A DNA stretch of 63,355 nt from Candidatus Methanofastidiosum methylothiophilum (GCA_001587575.1 LNJC01000004.1:1-63355); one strand, 5' to 3'. Shown: positions 8,987-18,851, counted from the first letter of the stretch. The notes: generated from the letters alone by a model not told the origin. Program-made: numbers and translations.

Positions 8987-10474
8987 TTGTCTTCTGAACT
9001 TTTACGTACTACCGATTCAATATGCCCTGTTTGCCAAATAAGGATTAAAGCCGAGATAAAAGAAGTTCAAGGAAAAATAATAATGGAAAAACGGTGCCAA
9101 GAACACGGTTTTTTCACAGATACTCTTTCTAACGATGCCAGTTATTATAAGAGACTGGATATGCTCGACCAAATTGCTAATAATACCCTTGAAAAAACAA
9201 AAGTTAGCAATAAAGGGTGCCCTTACGATTGTGGATTGTGCCAGGAACACAGAACACCTTCAATCTTTGTTAATATTGATCTTACGAATAGATGCAATAT
9301 GAATTGCCCAGTATGCTTTGCTAGTGCAGGTGCAACTAAAAGATTATATGAGCCTTCTTTTGAAGAGATAAAAAAAATGCTTGAAAGAATGGCTTCGATA
9401 AAACCGAATCCTCCGTTTGCTGTACAATTTTCTGGGGGGGAACCAACTTTAAGAGATGATCTTCCAAATATTATAGAGACAGCTAAGAATTTAAATATTT
9501 CTCAGATCCAAGTGGCGACAAACGGGAAAAGATTTGCTAAAGACAAAGAATATCTAAAGAAAGTGATTGACTCTGGAATAAATACCTACTACTTGCAATT
9601 TGATGGATTAAATCCTTCATCATACAAGAAATTTAGAGGTTACGATACTTTTCCAGAAAAAAAACAGGCAATTGAAAATCTAAGAAATCTTGGAGAAACT
9701 AGTGTAGTACTTGTTCCAACTGTTTCAAAAGGTGTTAATGACCGAGAAGTTGGAGACATAATTTATTTTGCAAAAGATAATTTTGATGTTATTAGGGGCA
9801 TTAATTTCCAACCACTTTCATTTTCAGGGCGTGCATGTCAGAAGGAGATAGAAAATAATAGAATAACAATAACAGATTTAGTCAAACTAATTGAGTGCCA
9901 AACTAATGGTGAAATACAAAAGGAAGATTTTTATCCCATACCTTTTGTTGTACCTGTTTCAAAATTTGTGGAATCATTAAGGGGTAGTAATATGCCCCAT
10001 TTTACAACTCATCCACAATGTGGTGTTGCGACATATGTTTTTGTAGAAGACGGGAAAATTATTCCCATAACTCGATTTTTTGATGTCGAAGGATTCTTTG
10101 AATACCTCAAAGAAAGAGACCAATACATCGGTTCTGGGGGTAAAATAAAGAAAGCAATAGAAATAACAAGAACTCTGAAAAAAATGAGCTCTTTTATCGA
10201 CAAAGAAAAAATGCCAAATACTTTGAACTTATTAGATATCACAAAGGGTATTTTAAATGGCGGAAGAAAGGAATATCTCGCTAAACTTCATCATAAAACT
10301 CTTTTTATTGGAACTATGCACTTCATGGACCCTTTTAACTTTGACTTGGATAGGGTAAAAAGATGTGCAATTCATTACGCTATGCCCGATGGCTCTTTTA
10401 TACCTTTTTGCAGTTACAATTCGATTCATAGGGAAAACGTTGAAAAACGCCTGACTACGCCAATTGACGAATAG
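8987..10474 (+). CDS. radical SAM enzyme with N-terminal Cys4 (rubredoxin-like) module; tentatively MJ0619 / tetraether-lipid-synthase (Tes, GDGT-MAS) type
   Basis: CPVC...C.EHG N-terminal module. Radical SAM CNMNCPVCFA followed by GGEPTL. C-terminal motif HFMDPFNFDLDRVKRCAIHYAMPDGSFIPFCSYN. The radical SAM call is confident; the subfamily is from memory only. Confidence 0.8.
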   Translation: MSSELLRTTDSICPVCQIRIKAEIKEVQGKIIMEKRCQEHGFFTDTLSNDASYYKRLDMLDQIANNTLEKTKVSNKGCPYDCGLCQEHRTPSIFVNIDLTNRCNMNCPVCFASAGATKRLYEPSFEEIKKMLERMASIKPNPPFAVQFSGGEPTLRDDLPNIIETAKNLNISQIQVATNGKRFAKDKEYLKKVIDSGINTYYLQFDGLNPSSYKKFRGYDTFPEKKQAIENLRNLGETSVVLVPTVSKGVNDREVGDIIYFAKDNFDVIRGINFQPLSFSGRACQKEIENNRITITDLVKLIECQTNGEIQKEDFYPIPFVVPVSKFVESLRGSNMPHFTTHPQCGVATYVFVEDGKIIPITRFFDVEGFFEYLKERDQYIGSGGKIKKAIEITRTLKKMSSFIDKEKMPNTLNLLDITKGILNGGRKEYLAKLHHKTLFIGTMHFMDPFNFDLDRVKRCAIHYAMPDGSFIPFCSYNSIHRENVEKRLTTPIDE

Positions 10475-10528
10475 TATTTCACCGAAAGATATTTATTAAG
10501 CCCTTAAATCTTGAAGATTGGTGAGTCT

Positions 10529-11494
10529 ATGAAAAGAGCAGGTATTGTATTGGCCCTGGTATTTTTAATTACAGTTGCTACATTCTCAGGGTGTGTTTCA
10601 CAAAAAAAAGAAGATAATGGCGTAGATGTTAACACGACACCGCCACAAACTGGAAAAACAGTTTCTTATGTTAAGGCTAGAATCAATGTTGCTCAGCCTT
10701 ATGACATTTCAGATTTAAATTCATCAAGACAAAAAGTTGTCATAATTAGGGATAGCGGTATTAGGCTTGAAGCTATAGTTACACTTTATGGGGAAACCTA
10801 TGTATTTGATGATACTACTAGGATACCCATTGTGGAAACAGAAGAGGATGCTTTGAAAGTTATCAACAGCTTCCCAGAAGACGTTCTACCCTATGTTGTG
10901 GGGATGGAATTAGAGGAAGGAATATGGGGAACTGGAACTGTCCATTGGACAGAACATATGCGTAACAGAATTGCATTGAGATATGCTAAAGAAGATGCAG
11001 ATTATAATCTTTACGGAACAGCTTACTTAATAATGAAGGATCAAAAAACTAGAATTAGAGTTGACGAAAGCCCATACCTTAAAGATGGATATGAATACTG
11101 GTGGATGCAAGGTGCAACCGAAACACTTTCTACAAGTAAAGCATTAGGTATTGGACCCTACGCTACGTTGTATGCATCACTTATGAGATCAATGATGATT
11201 CCTACAAAAATAGTATACGGACTTTACTATGACTTAGAAGCTGGGGGGGTATGGAAACCATATGTTTGGAATGAAATTTACTTTAAAGGTAAATGGGTGC
11301 CTGTTGACCCTTACAGAGAACAGTTTGGAACTCTTTCAAGATACTACCTAAAGCTATATGAAACTGTAGACCTCCTCGAGTTAAATAATGACTTTGCTTG
11401 CTACAGAAGCAACTTTGAAGGCAAAGGTTGTAAACCTTTTGAAATACAGATCCTCGAACAGGGTACAGTTCTAGAAAGCGAAATAAATAAATAA
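10529..11494 (+). CDS. lipoprotein-like protein with degenerate transglutaminase-like core
   Basis: ATG at 10529 preceded by GGTGAG (the track ORF starts at TTG 10511). Signal ends in FSGC. The C-terminal GIGPYATLYASLMRSMMIPTKIVYG...YVWNEIYFKGKWVPVDP follows the transglutaminase-core pattern, but the Cys and His positions are substituted. Confidence 0.5.
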   Translation: MKRAGIVLALVFLITVATFSGCVSQKKEDNGVDVNTTPPQTGKTVSYVKARINVAQPYDISDLNSSRQKVVIIRDSGIRLEAIVTLYGETYVFDDTTRIPIVETEEDALKVINSFPEDVLPYVVGMELEEGIWGTGTVHWTEHMRNRIALRYAKEDADYNLYGTAYLIMKDQKTRIRVDESPYLKDGYEYWWMQGATETLSTSKALGIGPYATLYASLMRSMMIPTKIVYGLYYDLEAGGVWKPYVWNEIYFKGKWVPVDPYREQFGTLSRYYLKLYETVDLLELNNDFACYRSNFEGKGCKPFEIQILEQGTVLESEINK

Positions 11495-11499
11495 ATTTT

Positions 11500-12714
11500 T
11501 TAATTTAAATATTTCTTTATTATATTAACTATTTTTTCAGAAAGTTTTTCTTTATCTTCTAGAGGCAAGTGGATTACCTTTTTTGTTTTGTCTATGATGT
11601 AGACTTCATTTGTTTTGGATTCAAATCCTCTAGATTCCTTTCCAACATCGTTTGCAATTATTAAATCCATGTTGGAACTTTGTAGCCTATCATATGCTTT
11701 TCTAATGAGTTGATCATCTGAAACAGAATATTCCGCTTTAAATCCAATAATAAAGGATTTCGAAACTTTTGAAAACTCTTCAACTATCTTCTTATTTGGA
11801 ATTAGAGCTAAATTAAAAGGTTGATTTGAAGATATCTTGCCTGTTGAGCAATTATCGACGTGAAAATCAGATGTTGCCGCGGCAAAAATAGCTATGTCAA
11901 CGTCTTTATTTGACATTACGGCATTGAACATATCTTCATAAGATTCTACATTAATAGTCTTAACAAAAGATTCCAAGTAAGTAGGCCCTAAAATTAAATT
12001 TACTTCTGCGCCCCTCATGTCCAGCTCTTCTGCAATCTTTATGCCCATTAAACCGCTACTTTTATTTGTAATAAATCTTACATCATCTATTTTTTCTATT
12101 GTTGGGCCAGCAGTAACTAGGACTTTTTTACCTTGGAAATCTTTAGGATACAGTTTTTTTATTACTGCCAAAACAATGTCATCAATTTCTGGAAGTTTTG
12201 CTTTGTTTTCTTCAAACTTTGGTGTTAAGAACTCAACGCCATGCTTTTTTAATTTTTCAATATTTTCTAAGATTATAGGATTTTTATACATTGAACTGTG
12301 CATAGCTGGAACGATTATAATTGGGATCTTGCCAAATCCTGTAGATGCAACTGTTGTGACTGGAGTATCATCTATTCCTGATGCAATTTTAGAAATGGTA
12401 TTTGCAGTACATGGTGCAATAAGTATCAATTCACACTTCTTATCATGGTCACCTGCATATGAAACATGCTCTATCTTACCTGTTATTTCGTCTACAACTG
12501 GATTTCCAGTTGCAAATTCAAGCGCATATGGATGAATTATCTTTTTTGCATCTTCGCTCATAACTGCATAAACTTCTGCTCCATGCCTCATAAGCTCTCT
12601 AGAAAGTTTTACAGATTCTACTGCAGCTATGCTCCCTGTAATCCCTAGTACTATTCCCTTATCCTCTAATTTTTTTGACTTTGTTCCCTTTATTGATTTT
12701 CTATGCATCGTCAT
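11500..12714 (-). CDS. coaBC: bifunctional phosphopantothenoylcysteine decarboxylase / phosphopantothenate-cysteine ligase
   Basis: N-terminal flavoprotein domain (GITGSIAAVESVKLSREL..., PAMHSSM) plus a C-terminal CoaB domain (VLVTAGPT.E.ID.VRFITNKSSG). 404 aa. Confidence 0.9.
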   Translation of the reverse strand: MTMHRKSIKGTKSKKLEDKGIVLGITGSIAAVESVKLSRELMRHGAEVYAVMSEDAKKIIHPYALEFATGNPVVDEITGKIEHVSYAGDHDKKCELILIAPCTANTISKIASGIDDTPVTTVASTGFGKIPIIIVPAMHSSMYKNPIILENIEKLKKHGVEFLTPKFEENKAKLPEIDDIVLAVIKKLYPKDFQGKKVLVTAGPTIEKIDDVRFITNKSSGLMGIKIAEELDMRGAEVNLILGPTYLESFVKTINVESYEDMFNAVMSNKDVDIAIFAAATSDFHVDNCSTGKISSNQPFNLALIPNKKIVEEFSKVSKSFIIGFKAEYSVSDDQLIRKAYDRLQSSNMDLIIANDVGKESRGFESKTNEVYIIDKTKKVIHLPLEDKEKLSEKIVNIIKKYLN

Positions 12715-12771
12715 ACAAGTGGCCTAAATCTTTATAAAAATTGTTATTATCTAGAGGTAAGAGGGAGTTAA

Positions 12772-13305
12772 ATGACAAATAATCTCTTAGTATATGATAC
12801 AAAATACGGATCAACTGAAATAATCGCGAGATGGATATCTGAAGAAGTGGGAAATATTGATGTAAAAAAAGCCTCAGAAGTTACCTCGATTAAAGATTAC
12901 TCTTTGATAGTAATAGGTTCACCTGACTATGACGATAAGCCCCTAGTTAGTATAAGTGAATTTATGAAAAAATTCAATAAAGAGCTTAAAGAGAAAAAGA
13001 TTGCCATTTTTGTAGTTTGTAATGATTTAGAAGAAGGCGAATATAAAGGAAAACAAATTGGTGGAAAATTCAATCTTGAAATCCTAAGAAGAGAGTTGCC
13101 AAAGGAGAATATTATTTTAGAGGATGTATTGGGAGGAGTTTTTAATCCTAAAATTCTTGATGAAAACGATCAAGAAAGAATAGTTTCATTCTTCAATGAA
13201 ATTGGTAAACCTATAAAGAAAGAGGATCTAGTTTTCATGCCAATCATGAATAAACTTGATAGGGCTAAGTGCAAAGAGTTTATTAATAAATTAAAAGCAG
13301 TTTAA
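12772..13305 (+). CDS. flavodoxin-domain protein
   Basis: LLVYDTKYGSTEIIARWISEEV...LIVIGSP pattern of short flavodoxin-like proteins. 177 aa. Confidence 0.55.
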   Translation: MTNNLLVYDTKYGSTEIIARWISEEVGNIDVKKASEVTSIKDYSLIVIGSPDYDDKPLVSISEFMKKFNKELKEKKIAIFVVCNDLEEGEYKGKQIGGKFNLEILRRELPKENIILEDVLGGVFNPKILDENDQERIVSFFNEIGKPIKKEDLVFMPIMNKLDRAKCKEFINKLKAV

Positions 13306-13314
13306 AGGCCTTTT

Positions 13315-14202
13315 ATGTACAGTTCAGAATATTATGTTCCATCACACATAACAGGGTTCTTTGTTCCTTTCTTTAGCGATGATTGTTTTAAAACAGGCTC
13401 TACTGGAGCAGGTGTTTCACTCTCTTTAGGACTTAAGACAAAAATTAAAGTAACTAATGGTTGTGGGCTAGTTAATATCAAATTGAATGGAACAGAGTTA
13501 AATCTTGTGGATGTCCCAATATCTTTGAACTGCATACATATAATAAAAGAAAGGTACCCAAGTTTTTTTACAAATAAAGATATACTGATAGAACATGAGT
13601 GCGATGTTCCTATTGAATCCGGATTTGGGGCATCGGCTTCGGCAACTCTTGGCATCACATTTTCTATTAAAGATTTGATAAATATTTCAACTGAAGAGTG
13701 TGTAAGAATAGCACATGAAACAGAAGTAATAAATTTAAGTGGGTTGGGGGATGTTATTGCAGAAGTAAAAGGCGGTGTAGAAATAAGAAAGACTCCAGGA
13801 ATCGATGGGATAATTGAGAATATTCCGTCAAATCGCCTTAAAGTACTATCAATAAGCCTTGGAAAAAAGAATACAGAAAGTGTCTTAAAAGATCCTAAAA
13901 AAGTAAAAATAATCGAAAAATGTGGATCCAAATTATTAGACAAGTTAATCAGTGAACCTAATGTTGAAAAACTAATGGAGTGCTCAAAAACATTTACATA
14001 CAAAACTGGACTTATGTCAAAAGAAGTTTTAGATTTGATGGAATTTATTAGTGAGATTAATAATTTTGAAGCATCTGGGATTATGATTGGCGATGGGGTA
14101 TTTACATTTATTAGTGAAGAAGATCAAGATAGAATCTTGGAAAGAGTAATGGGTATTAAGGGAGATATTATTGTCTCTCCAATAGCTAAAGGATTGTTAT
14201 AG
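13315..14202 (+). CDS. pantoate kinase (archaeal GHMP-family PoK)
   Basis: GHMP motif [15 protein letters not shown]. 295 aa. Lies immediately upstream of the phosphopantothenate synthetase gene, as in the archaeal CoA pathway. Confidence 0.8.
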   Translation: MYSSEYYVPSHITGFFVPFFSDDCFKTGSTGAGVSLSLGLKTKIKVTNGCGLVNIKLNGTELNLVDVPISLNCIHIIKERYPSFFTNKDILIEHECDVPIESGFGASASATLGITFSIKDLINISTEECVRIAHETEVINLSGLGDVIAEVKGGVEIRKTPGIDGIIENIPSNRLKVLSISLGKKNTESVLKDPKKVKIIEKCGSKLLDKLISEPNVEKLMECSKTFTYKTGLMSKEVLDLMEFISEINNFEASGIMIGDGVFTFISEEDQDRILERVMGIKGDIIVSPIAKGLL

Positions 14203-14210
14203 GTGCCAAA

Positions 14211-14969
14211 ATGGTTGTGCCAAAAAATCACCCCCGATATGAATCGCTTCTGTTGAGGGAAAAAGTTAAAGATTGTCTTAAAGAAGGAATTATTTCAGAG
14301 GTAGGTATCGCGGCACATGGTAGGGGTGAAGCTTTCGATTATTTTTTAGGAGAGAGAACTACAGAACAGGCAGAGACTGCAATAAAGGCATCTGCAAGAT
14401 TGTTATGCAGGGCAGAAAACCCTGTAATCTCTGTAAATGGGAATATTGCATGCCTTGTTCCAGAGGAGATTGTAAAGATATCAAAGATTTTACCTTTAAA
14501 GATAGAGATTAATCTTTTTTATAGAACTGTAGAAAGAGAGACAAAAATTAAAAAAAGACTTGAAAAGTTTGGCGGTAAAAATATTCTTGGCGTTGGAGAG
14601 AACGCAAATGAATGCATACCTGGCCTTGATTCATTGAGGGGAAAAGTTTCAAGAGAAGGAATTTTCACCTCCGATGTCATAATTGTTCCTTTAGAAGATG
14701 GGGACAGGGCTTTAGCATTGAAAAATATGGGAAAGAAGATTATCGCGATAGATCTGAATCCTCTTTCAAGAACTTCGTTGTGTGCAGATATAACAATAGT
14801 AGATAATGTAGTTAGAGCGATGCCAAGGCTTATTGAAGAGATAAAGAAGTTAAAGAATAAAGATATTGAAGAAGAGTTTATATTTGATAATGCAGAAAAT
14901 ATTAAGAAATCAATTGAGATAATGAAAAATAATCTTATACGTTTGCAAGAAAAAATAGATGAAAGGTGA
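14211..14969 (+). CDS. phosphopantothenate synthetase (4-phosphopantoate--beta-alanine ligase, PPS)
   Basis: N-terminal [13 protein letters not shown]...[17 protein letters not shown], characteristic of the archaeal COG1701 family. 252 aa. Confidence 0.8.
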   Translation: MVVPKNHPRYESLLLREKVKDCLKEGIISEVGIAAHGRGEAFDYFLGERTTEQAETAIKASARLLCRAENPVISVNGNIACLVPEEIVKISKILPLKIEINLFYRTVERETKIKKRLEKFGGKNILGVGENANECIPGLDSLRGKVSREGIFTSDVIIVPLEDGDRALALKNMGKKIIAIDLNPLSRTSLCADITIVDNVVRAMPRLIEEIKKLKNKDIEEEFIFDNAENIKKSIEIMKNNLIRLQEKIDER

Positions 14970-16269
14970 TTATATTAGTAAAGTAATTCTTCAGCTTGCA
15001 TTAGATATATTAAATTTGGATAGGGCCGTTTCGATGGCGAAAGAGGCTGTTCCTGGAGGGGTAGACTGGATTGAAATTGGAACTCCTCTTATTAAAAGTG
15101 AGGGCATGGAAGCTATAAGGGAATTGAAGCGTATTTTTCCTGATAAGAAAATAATAGCCGATATGAAGACAATGGACACAGGAGATTTTGAAACTGAAAT
15201 GGCTTCAAAAGCGGGTGCAGATATAATTTCAATATTAGGGGCTTCTGATGACAGCACAATTAAAGAAGCAATTAAAGCTGCTAAAAAATATAACTCTGAA
15301 ATAATGGTCGATTTGATTAATGTAAAAAACAAGGTAGACAGGGCAGCTGAAGTAGAAAAAATGGGAGCAAAGTATGTCTGCATACATGTTGGTATCGACC
15401 AACAGATGAAGGGAGAAAATCCATTGAAGGATATAAAAGATGTTAAAGATGCAGTTAAGATTACAATTGCTACAGCGGGTGGCTTAAATTCTGAGAATAT
15501 ACCGGATGTTGTTTCTGCCGGTGCAGACATAGTTATTGTTGGTGGTGCCATTACTAAGGCTTCTAATCTCTTTGAGGCTACAAAGATAATCAGAAAAAGT
15601 ATTGACCTTGTAAAGCCGATTGAAAGTCTAGAGTTTAAAAAATATAAAAAAGAAGAACTTATTGATGCGTTAAAAAAAGTCTCTTCTTCAAATGTCTCAG
15701 ATGCTATGCACAGGGGAGGTGCAATGAAAGGCATACACACTATTGTTCCAGGACTCAAGATGGCAGGCAGAGCGTTGACAGTTAAAACTATGAATGGAGA
15801 TTGGGCAAAGGTCGTTGAAGCAATTGACTTGGCCAACGAGGGGGATATAATTGTAGTAGATACTAACTCTGGGAATATAGCTGTATGGGGAGAACTTGCA
15901 ACTTGGAGTGCATTTATGAGAAAGCTTGGAGGAGTTGTAATCGATGGTGCAGTGAGAGATGTTGATGATCTAAAAGAAGTACGCTTTCCAGTTTTTGCTA
16001 GATACGAAGTCCCAGATGCTGGCGATCCAAAAGGATTTGGAGAGATAGGCTGTGAAGTAGTATGTGGTGGCCTTAAAGTAAATAAGGGAGACTATATCAT
16101 CGGAGATGATAGTGGAGTTGTAGTAATCCCCCAAGAAGAAGCACAAGAAATAATAAACAGAAGTCTTGATGTAAAGGAGAAAGAGAATAGGATTAGAGAA
16201 GAGATAAAAAGAGGCTCAACTCTCTCTAAAGTGCTAAAGCTTAAAAAATGGGAGAAGATAGTCGGATAA
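14959..16269 (+). CDS. fusion protein: 3-hexulose-6-phosphate synthase-like (OMPDC fold) domain + RraA/class II aldolase-like domain
   Basis: N-terminal half has LQLALD...IEIGTPLIK...[10 protein letters not shown] (Hps/KGPDC pattern). C-terminal half has [11 protein letters not shown]...WGELATWSA...[15 protein letters not shown] (RraA-like pattern). The start overlaps the PPS stop by 11 nt. Confidence 0.75.
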   Translation: MKGDYISKVILQLALDILNLDRAVSMAKEAVPGGVDWIEIGTPLIKSEGMEAIRELKRIFPDKKIIADMKTMDTGDFETEMASKAGADIISILGASDDSTIKEAIKAAKKYNSEIMVDLINVKNKVDRAAEVEKMGAKYVCIHVGIDQQMKGENPLKDIKDVKDAVKITIATAGGLNSENIPDVVSAGADIVIVGGAITKASNLFEATKIIRKSIDLVKPIESLEFKKYKKEELIDALKKVSSSNVSDAMHRGGAMKGIHTIVPGLKMAGRALTVKTMNGDWAKVVEAIDLANEGDIIVVDTNSGNIAVWGELATWSAFMRKLGGVVIDGAVRDVDDLKEVRFPVFARYEVPDAGDPKGFGEIGCEVVCGGLKVNKGDYIIGDDSGVVVIPQEEAQEIINRSLDVKEKENRIREEIKRGSTLSKVLKLKKWEKIVG

Positions 16270-16314
16270 TATTCTAGTAAGGAAAACTTTATATATCACC
16301 TGTTTCTTTTTGAT

Positions 16315-16331
16315 ATATCATAATATGATAT
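16315..16331. promoter_or_regulatory. 17-bp perfect palindrome ATATCATA-A-TATGATAT, candidate PadR operator
   Basis: Lies 13 nt upstream of the PadR ATG (16344). The half-site ATATATCA also occurs at 16291-16298, overlapping a TTTATATA TATA-like box (16288-16295). Confidence 0.4.
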
Positions 16332-16343
16332 GTCGGCGAAAAT

Positions 16344-16691
16344 ATGACTATTATACATCCCCATAAAGGCATTCATTTCTTTAGAATTCCTGATACATTT
16401 GTTCTTTGGTTATTTAGCAAAAAAGAATTGTGTGGTTACGACATTATAAAAGAATTTGAAAATAGATCAAAAGGTAACTGGAAGCCATCTCCTGCTTTGA
16501 TATATCCCTTACTTTTATTTTTTACAACTGAAGGATTAATTGAAGAAACGAGTAAAGGTACAAGGGGTAAAAAATTTTATAAGATAACCCAAAAAGGGAA
16601 TAAAAAGTTAAATGAAAGAATGGAAGAGCTAAAAAAAGATCTTCTATACTACGAAGATTTTCTAAAAGAAGTTTTTGAGGTGAAGAATTGA
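16344..16691 (+). CDS. PadR-family transcriptional regulator
   Basis: CGYDIIKEFENRSKGNWKPSPALIYPLLLFFTTEGLIEE...KFYKITQKG is the PadR winged-helix pattern. 115 aa. Confidence 0.8.
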   Translation: MTIIHPHKGIHFFRIPDTFVLWLFSKKELCGYDIIKEFENRSKGNWKPSPALIYPLLLFFTTEGLIEETSKGTRGKKFYKITQKGNKKLNERMEELKKDLLYYEDFLKEVFEVKN

Positions 16692-17770
16692 AAGAACTAA
16701 AGGATACTCTTTTTGGAAAACTTGCACTGATTGAATACAGATACAGCAAGATTATAGTAGTTTCAATGATACTTATTACGGTTTTTCTATCATTAGGGGC
16801 CCTAAACCTACGCTTCGAATCTGATTTTATGAAAGAGTTGCCCCAAAACTTCGATGTTGTGAGAACTCAGAATCTAATTAATAGTGAGTTTGGTGAAGAG
16901 GAAGGCATTATAATTCTACTAGAAACTGATTTTGATATTGTGAACGATATACGAAACAAACAAACTATTGAAAGCATATATGAGTTAGAAAAAAGACTTA
17001 AGGCACGTCCAGAGATAATTGATGTAGTAGGTCCTGGAACAGTTTATTATTCTATATTCAGGAGTATACCCTCAGATGAAACTACCTTGAGGGAAGTGGC
17101 AAAAAATATGCCTGGCTTAATATCAAAAGATTATACCTCTGCAATTGTAATGGTCAGGATGAGTGGAGTTAGAGGTGAAGAAGAGATACAAGCTGCAATA
17201 GATATTGTAAAGGAAGAAACAGAAAAGGTTCAATTATATGGGCTTGATTATACGATAACTGGATCTCCTGTATTGAATAAAACTATCCTCAAAGTATTGA
17301 GAGAAGACGCATTGAAAACTATGGCCATATCAGCTATAATTGTTTTCATATTACTCACTTTGATATTGAGATTTAAATCATTCTTTGTTATTATACCTTT
17401 GCTTTGCGGAGTTTTATGGACTGCAGGTATCTTGTCTTATGTTGGGATACCCATAAGTCTTGTTACTGCAAGTGTCGGGGCTATTGTTATTGGGCTCGGT
17501 GCAGAGTATGGGATATTCATGGTATTGCGTTACAATGAAGAAGCAAAGAAAGGTAAGCCAAACGATGAAAGAGTAGTAGCTATGATTGCAGGTGTTGGTA
17601 AAGGAACTATAGGTTCAAGCTCTACGACAGTTGCAGGATTTATGGCCCTGGCTCTTTCTTCCATGCCAATGATGGTACACCTTGGAACTGCTTTGTCTTT
17701 AGGCATTATTAGTTGTCTTATTGGGGCATTGGTATTCTTGCCTTCAATAATGGCTTTGAGGGAGTGGTAG
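16688..17770 (+). CDS. half-size RND/MMPL-superfamily exporter subunit (HAE3-like), first half
   Basis: One N-terminal TM, a ~190-aa extracytoplasmic domain, then 5 TMs with the SSD-like block GAEYGIFMVLRYNEE. TTG start overlaps the padR stop. Confidence 0.7.
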   Translation: MKELKDTLFGKLALIEYRYSKIIVVSMILITVFLSLGALNLRFESDFMKELPQNFDVVRTQNLINSEFGEEEGIIILLETDFDIVNDIRNKQTIESIYELEKRLKARPEIIDVVGPGTVYYSIFRSIPSDETTLREVAKNMPGLISKDYTSAIVMVRMSGVRGEEEIQAAIDIVKEETEKVQLYGLDYTITGSPVLNKTILKVLREDALKTMAISAIIVFILLTLILRFKSFFVIIPLLCGVLWTAGILSYVGIPISLVTASVGAIVIGLGAEYGIFMVLRYNEEAKKGKPNDERVVAMIAGVGKGTIGSSSTTVAGFMALALSSMPMMVHLGTALSLGIISCLIGALVFLPSIMALREW

Positions 17771-17771
17771 T

Positions 17772-18851
17772 ATGTCAAGTTATGACAAATTGATAAAAAA
17801 TTTTGCGGAGATGCATGGAAAAGATCCAAAGAAACTGCTTATACTATCATTCATAATCACCATAATTTTAGGTGCAGGGATCTCCTTAATCAAGATAGAA
17901 CAGGGCGATGATATGTCGCAGCTGCCCAAAGACATCGACGAAATACAGGTATTCATGAGGATGGAAGACAAGTTTGAAAGATATAACTCAATTATTATTG
18001 TAATTAATTCAGAAAATGTATTTTCTCCAGATGTATTGAGAGAAGCCTACATTTTGAATCAAGAACTTCTAAATATATATGGGATAGTAGACTCCTCTTT
18101 TGATCTTAGACTTGAGGATATCTATCTGCCCCAGGAAGAGTTAAAAAATAAGCTTGAAGTTTCCGATAGTCTCGGTTACATGTTGATAAGACTTAGCGTT
18201 ATGAAAGGTGTAGACGATATAAGGATATATGATGATGTAAAAGAAATAATATCAAAAACTAAATTGACCGTCAATACAGGCGGGAACATAGCAATGAATA
18301 GAGAGTTAACAAACATTATCCTGCCTGAAATGTCAAAGATATCTACATTTGGGATGATAGGCGTCTTACTATGCGTGATTATAACATTTAGATCAATAAG
18401 GTACGGCATAATGCCATTGATTTGTGTAGGTGTTGGTATTGTTTGGATGATGGGAATATCAGGGTTTGCCGGGATTTCATTAAGTTCAGAACTTGTGGGT
18501 GTTGTTTCAATGATGGCCGGAATAGGGATAGACTTTGCGATACAGACTATAAATAGGTATAATCAGGAGAGGACTCCTATAATTGTTGAAAAAATAGTGA
18601 AGACTCTTGAAGGTGTTGTTGAACCTATTATTGTTTCATCAATTGTTGCAGGATTTGGATTCATAGCTATGCTAGCAGGTTCATTGTCAATTCTAGATAC
18701 AATGGGAAAAATGTTATTTATTGGAGTTTTCAGCTGCATGGGAGTAACTCTTATATTTCTCCCATCATTATTAGTAATCCAAGAAAAAGTATTTCAAGAT
18801 ACAAAAAATTTAATAAAGAAAAGAATGGAGGCATATTATGAAAAAGATTAG
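17772..18851 (+). CDS. half-size RND/MMPL-superfamily exporter subunit (HAE3-like), second half
   Basis: Same 1+5 TM topology as the preceding gene (GIGIDFAIQTINRYNQE). Its own ATG lies 1 nt after the preceding TAG, in a different frame. Confidence 0.7.
   Translation: MSSYDKLIKNFAEMHGKDPKKLLILSFIITIILGAGISLIKIEQGDDMSQLPKDIDEIQVFMRMEDKFERYNSIIIVINSENVFSPDVLREAYILNQELLNIYGIVDSSFDLRLEDIYLPQEELKNKLEVSDSLGYMLIRLSVMKGVDDIRIYDDVKEIISKTKLTVNTGGNIAMNRELTNIILPEMSKISTFGMIGVLLCVIITFRSIRYGIMPLICVGVGIVWMMGISGFAGISLSSELVGVVSMMAGIGIDFAIQTINRYNQERTPIIVEKIVKTLEGVVEPIIVSSIVAGFGFIAMLAGSLSILDTMGKMLFIGVFSCMGVTLIFLPSLLVIQEKVFQDTKNLIKKRMEAYYEKD

Noticed and set aside
17768-17774. Junction of the two exporter halves as a frameshift or pseudogene lesion.
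   Set aside because: This is not adopted as the primary reading. Each half has its own start codon, its own N-terminal TM and a complete 1+5 TM unit, and half-size archaeal RND genes are known. It cannot be excluded without comparison to relatives, so it is kept as a caveat in the operon finding.
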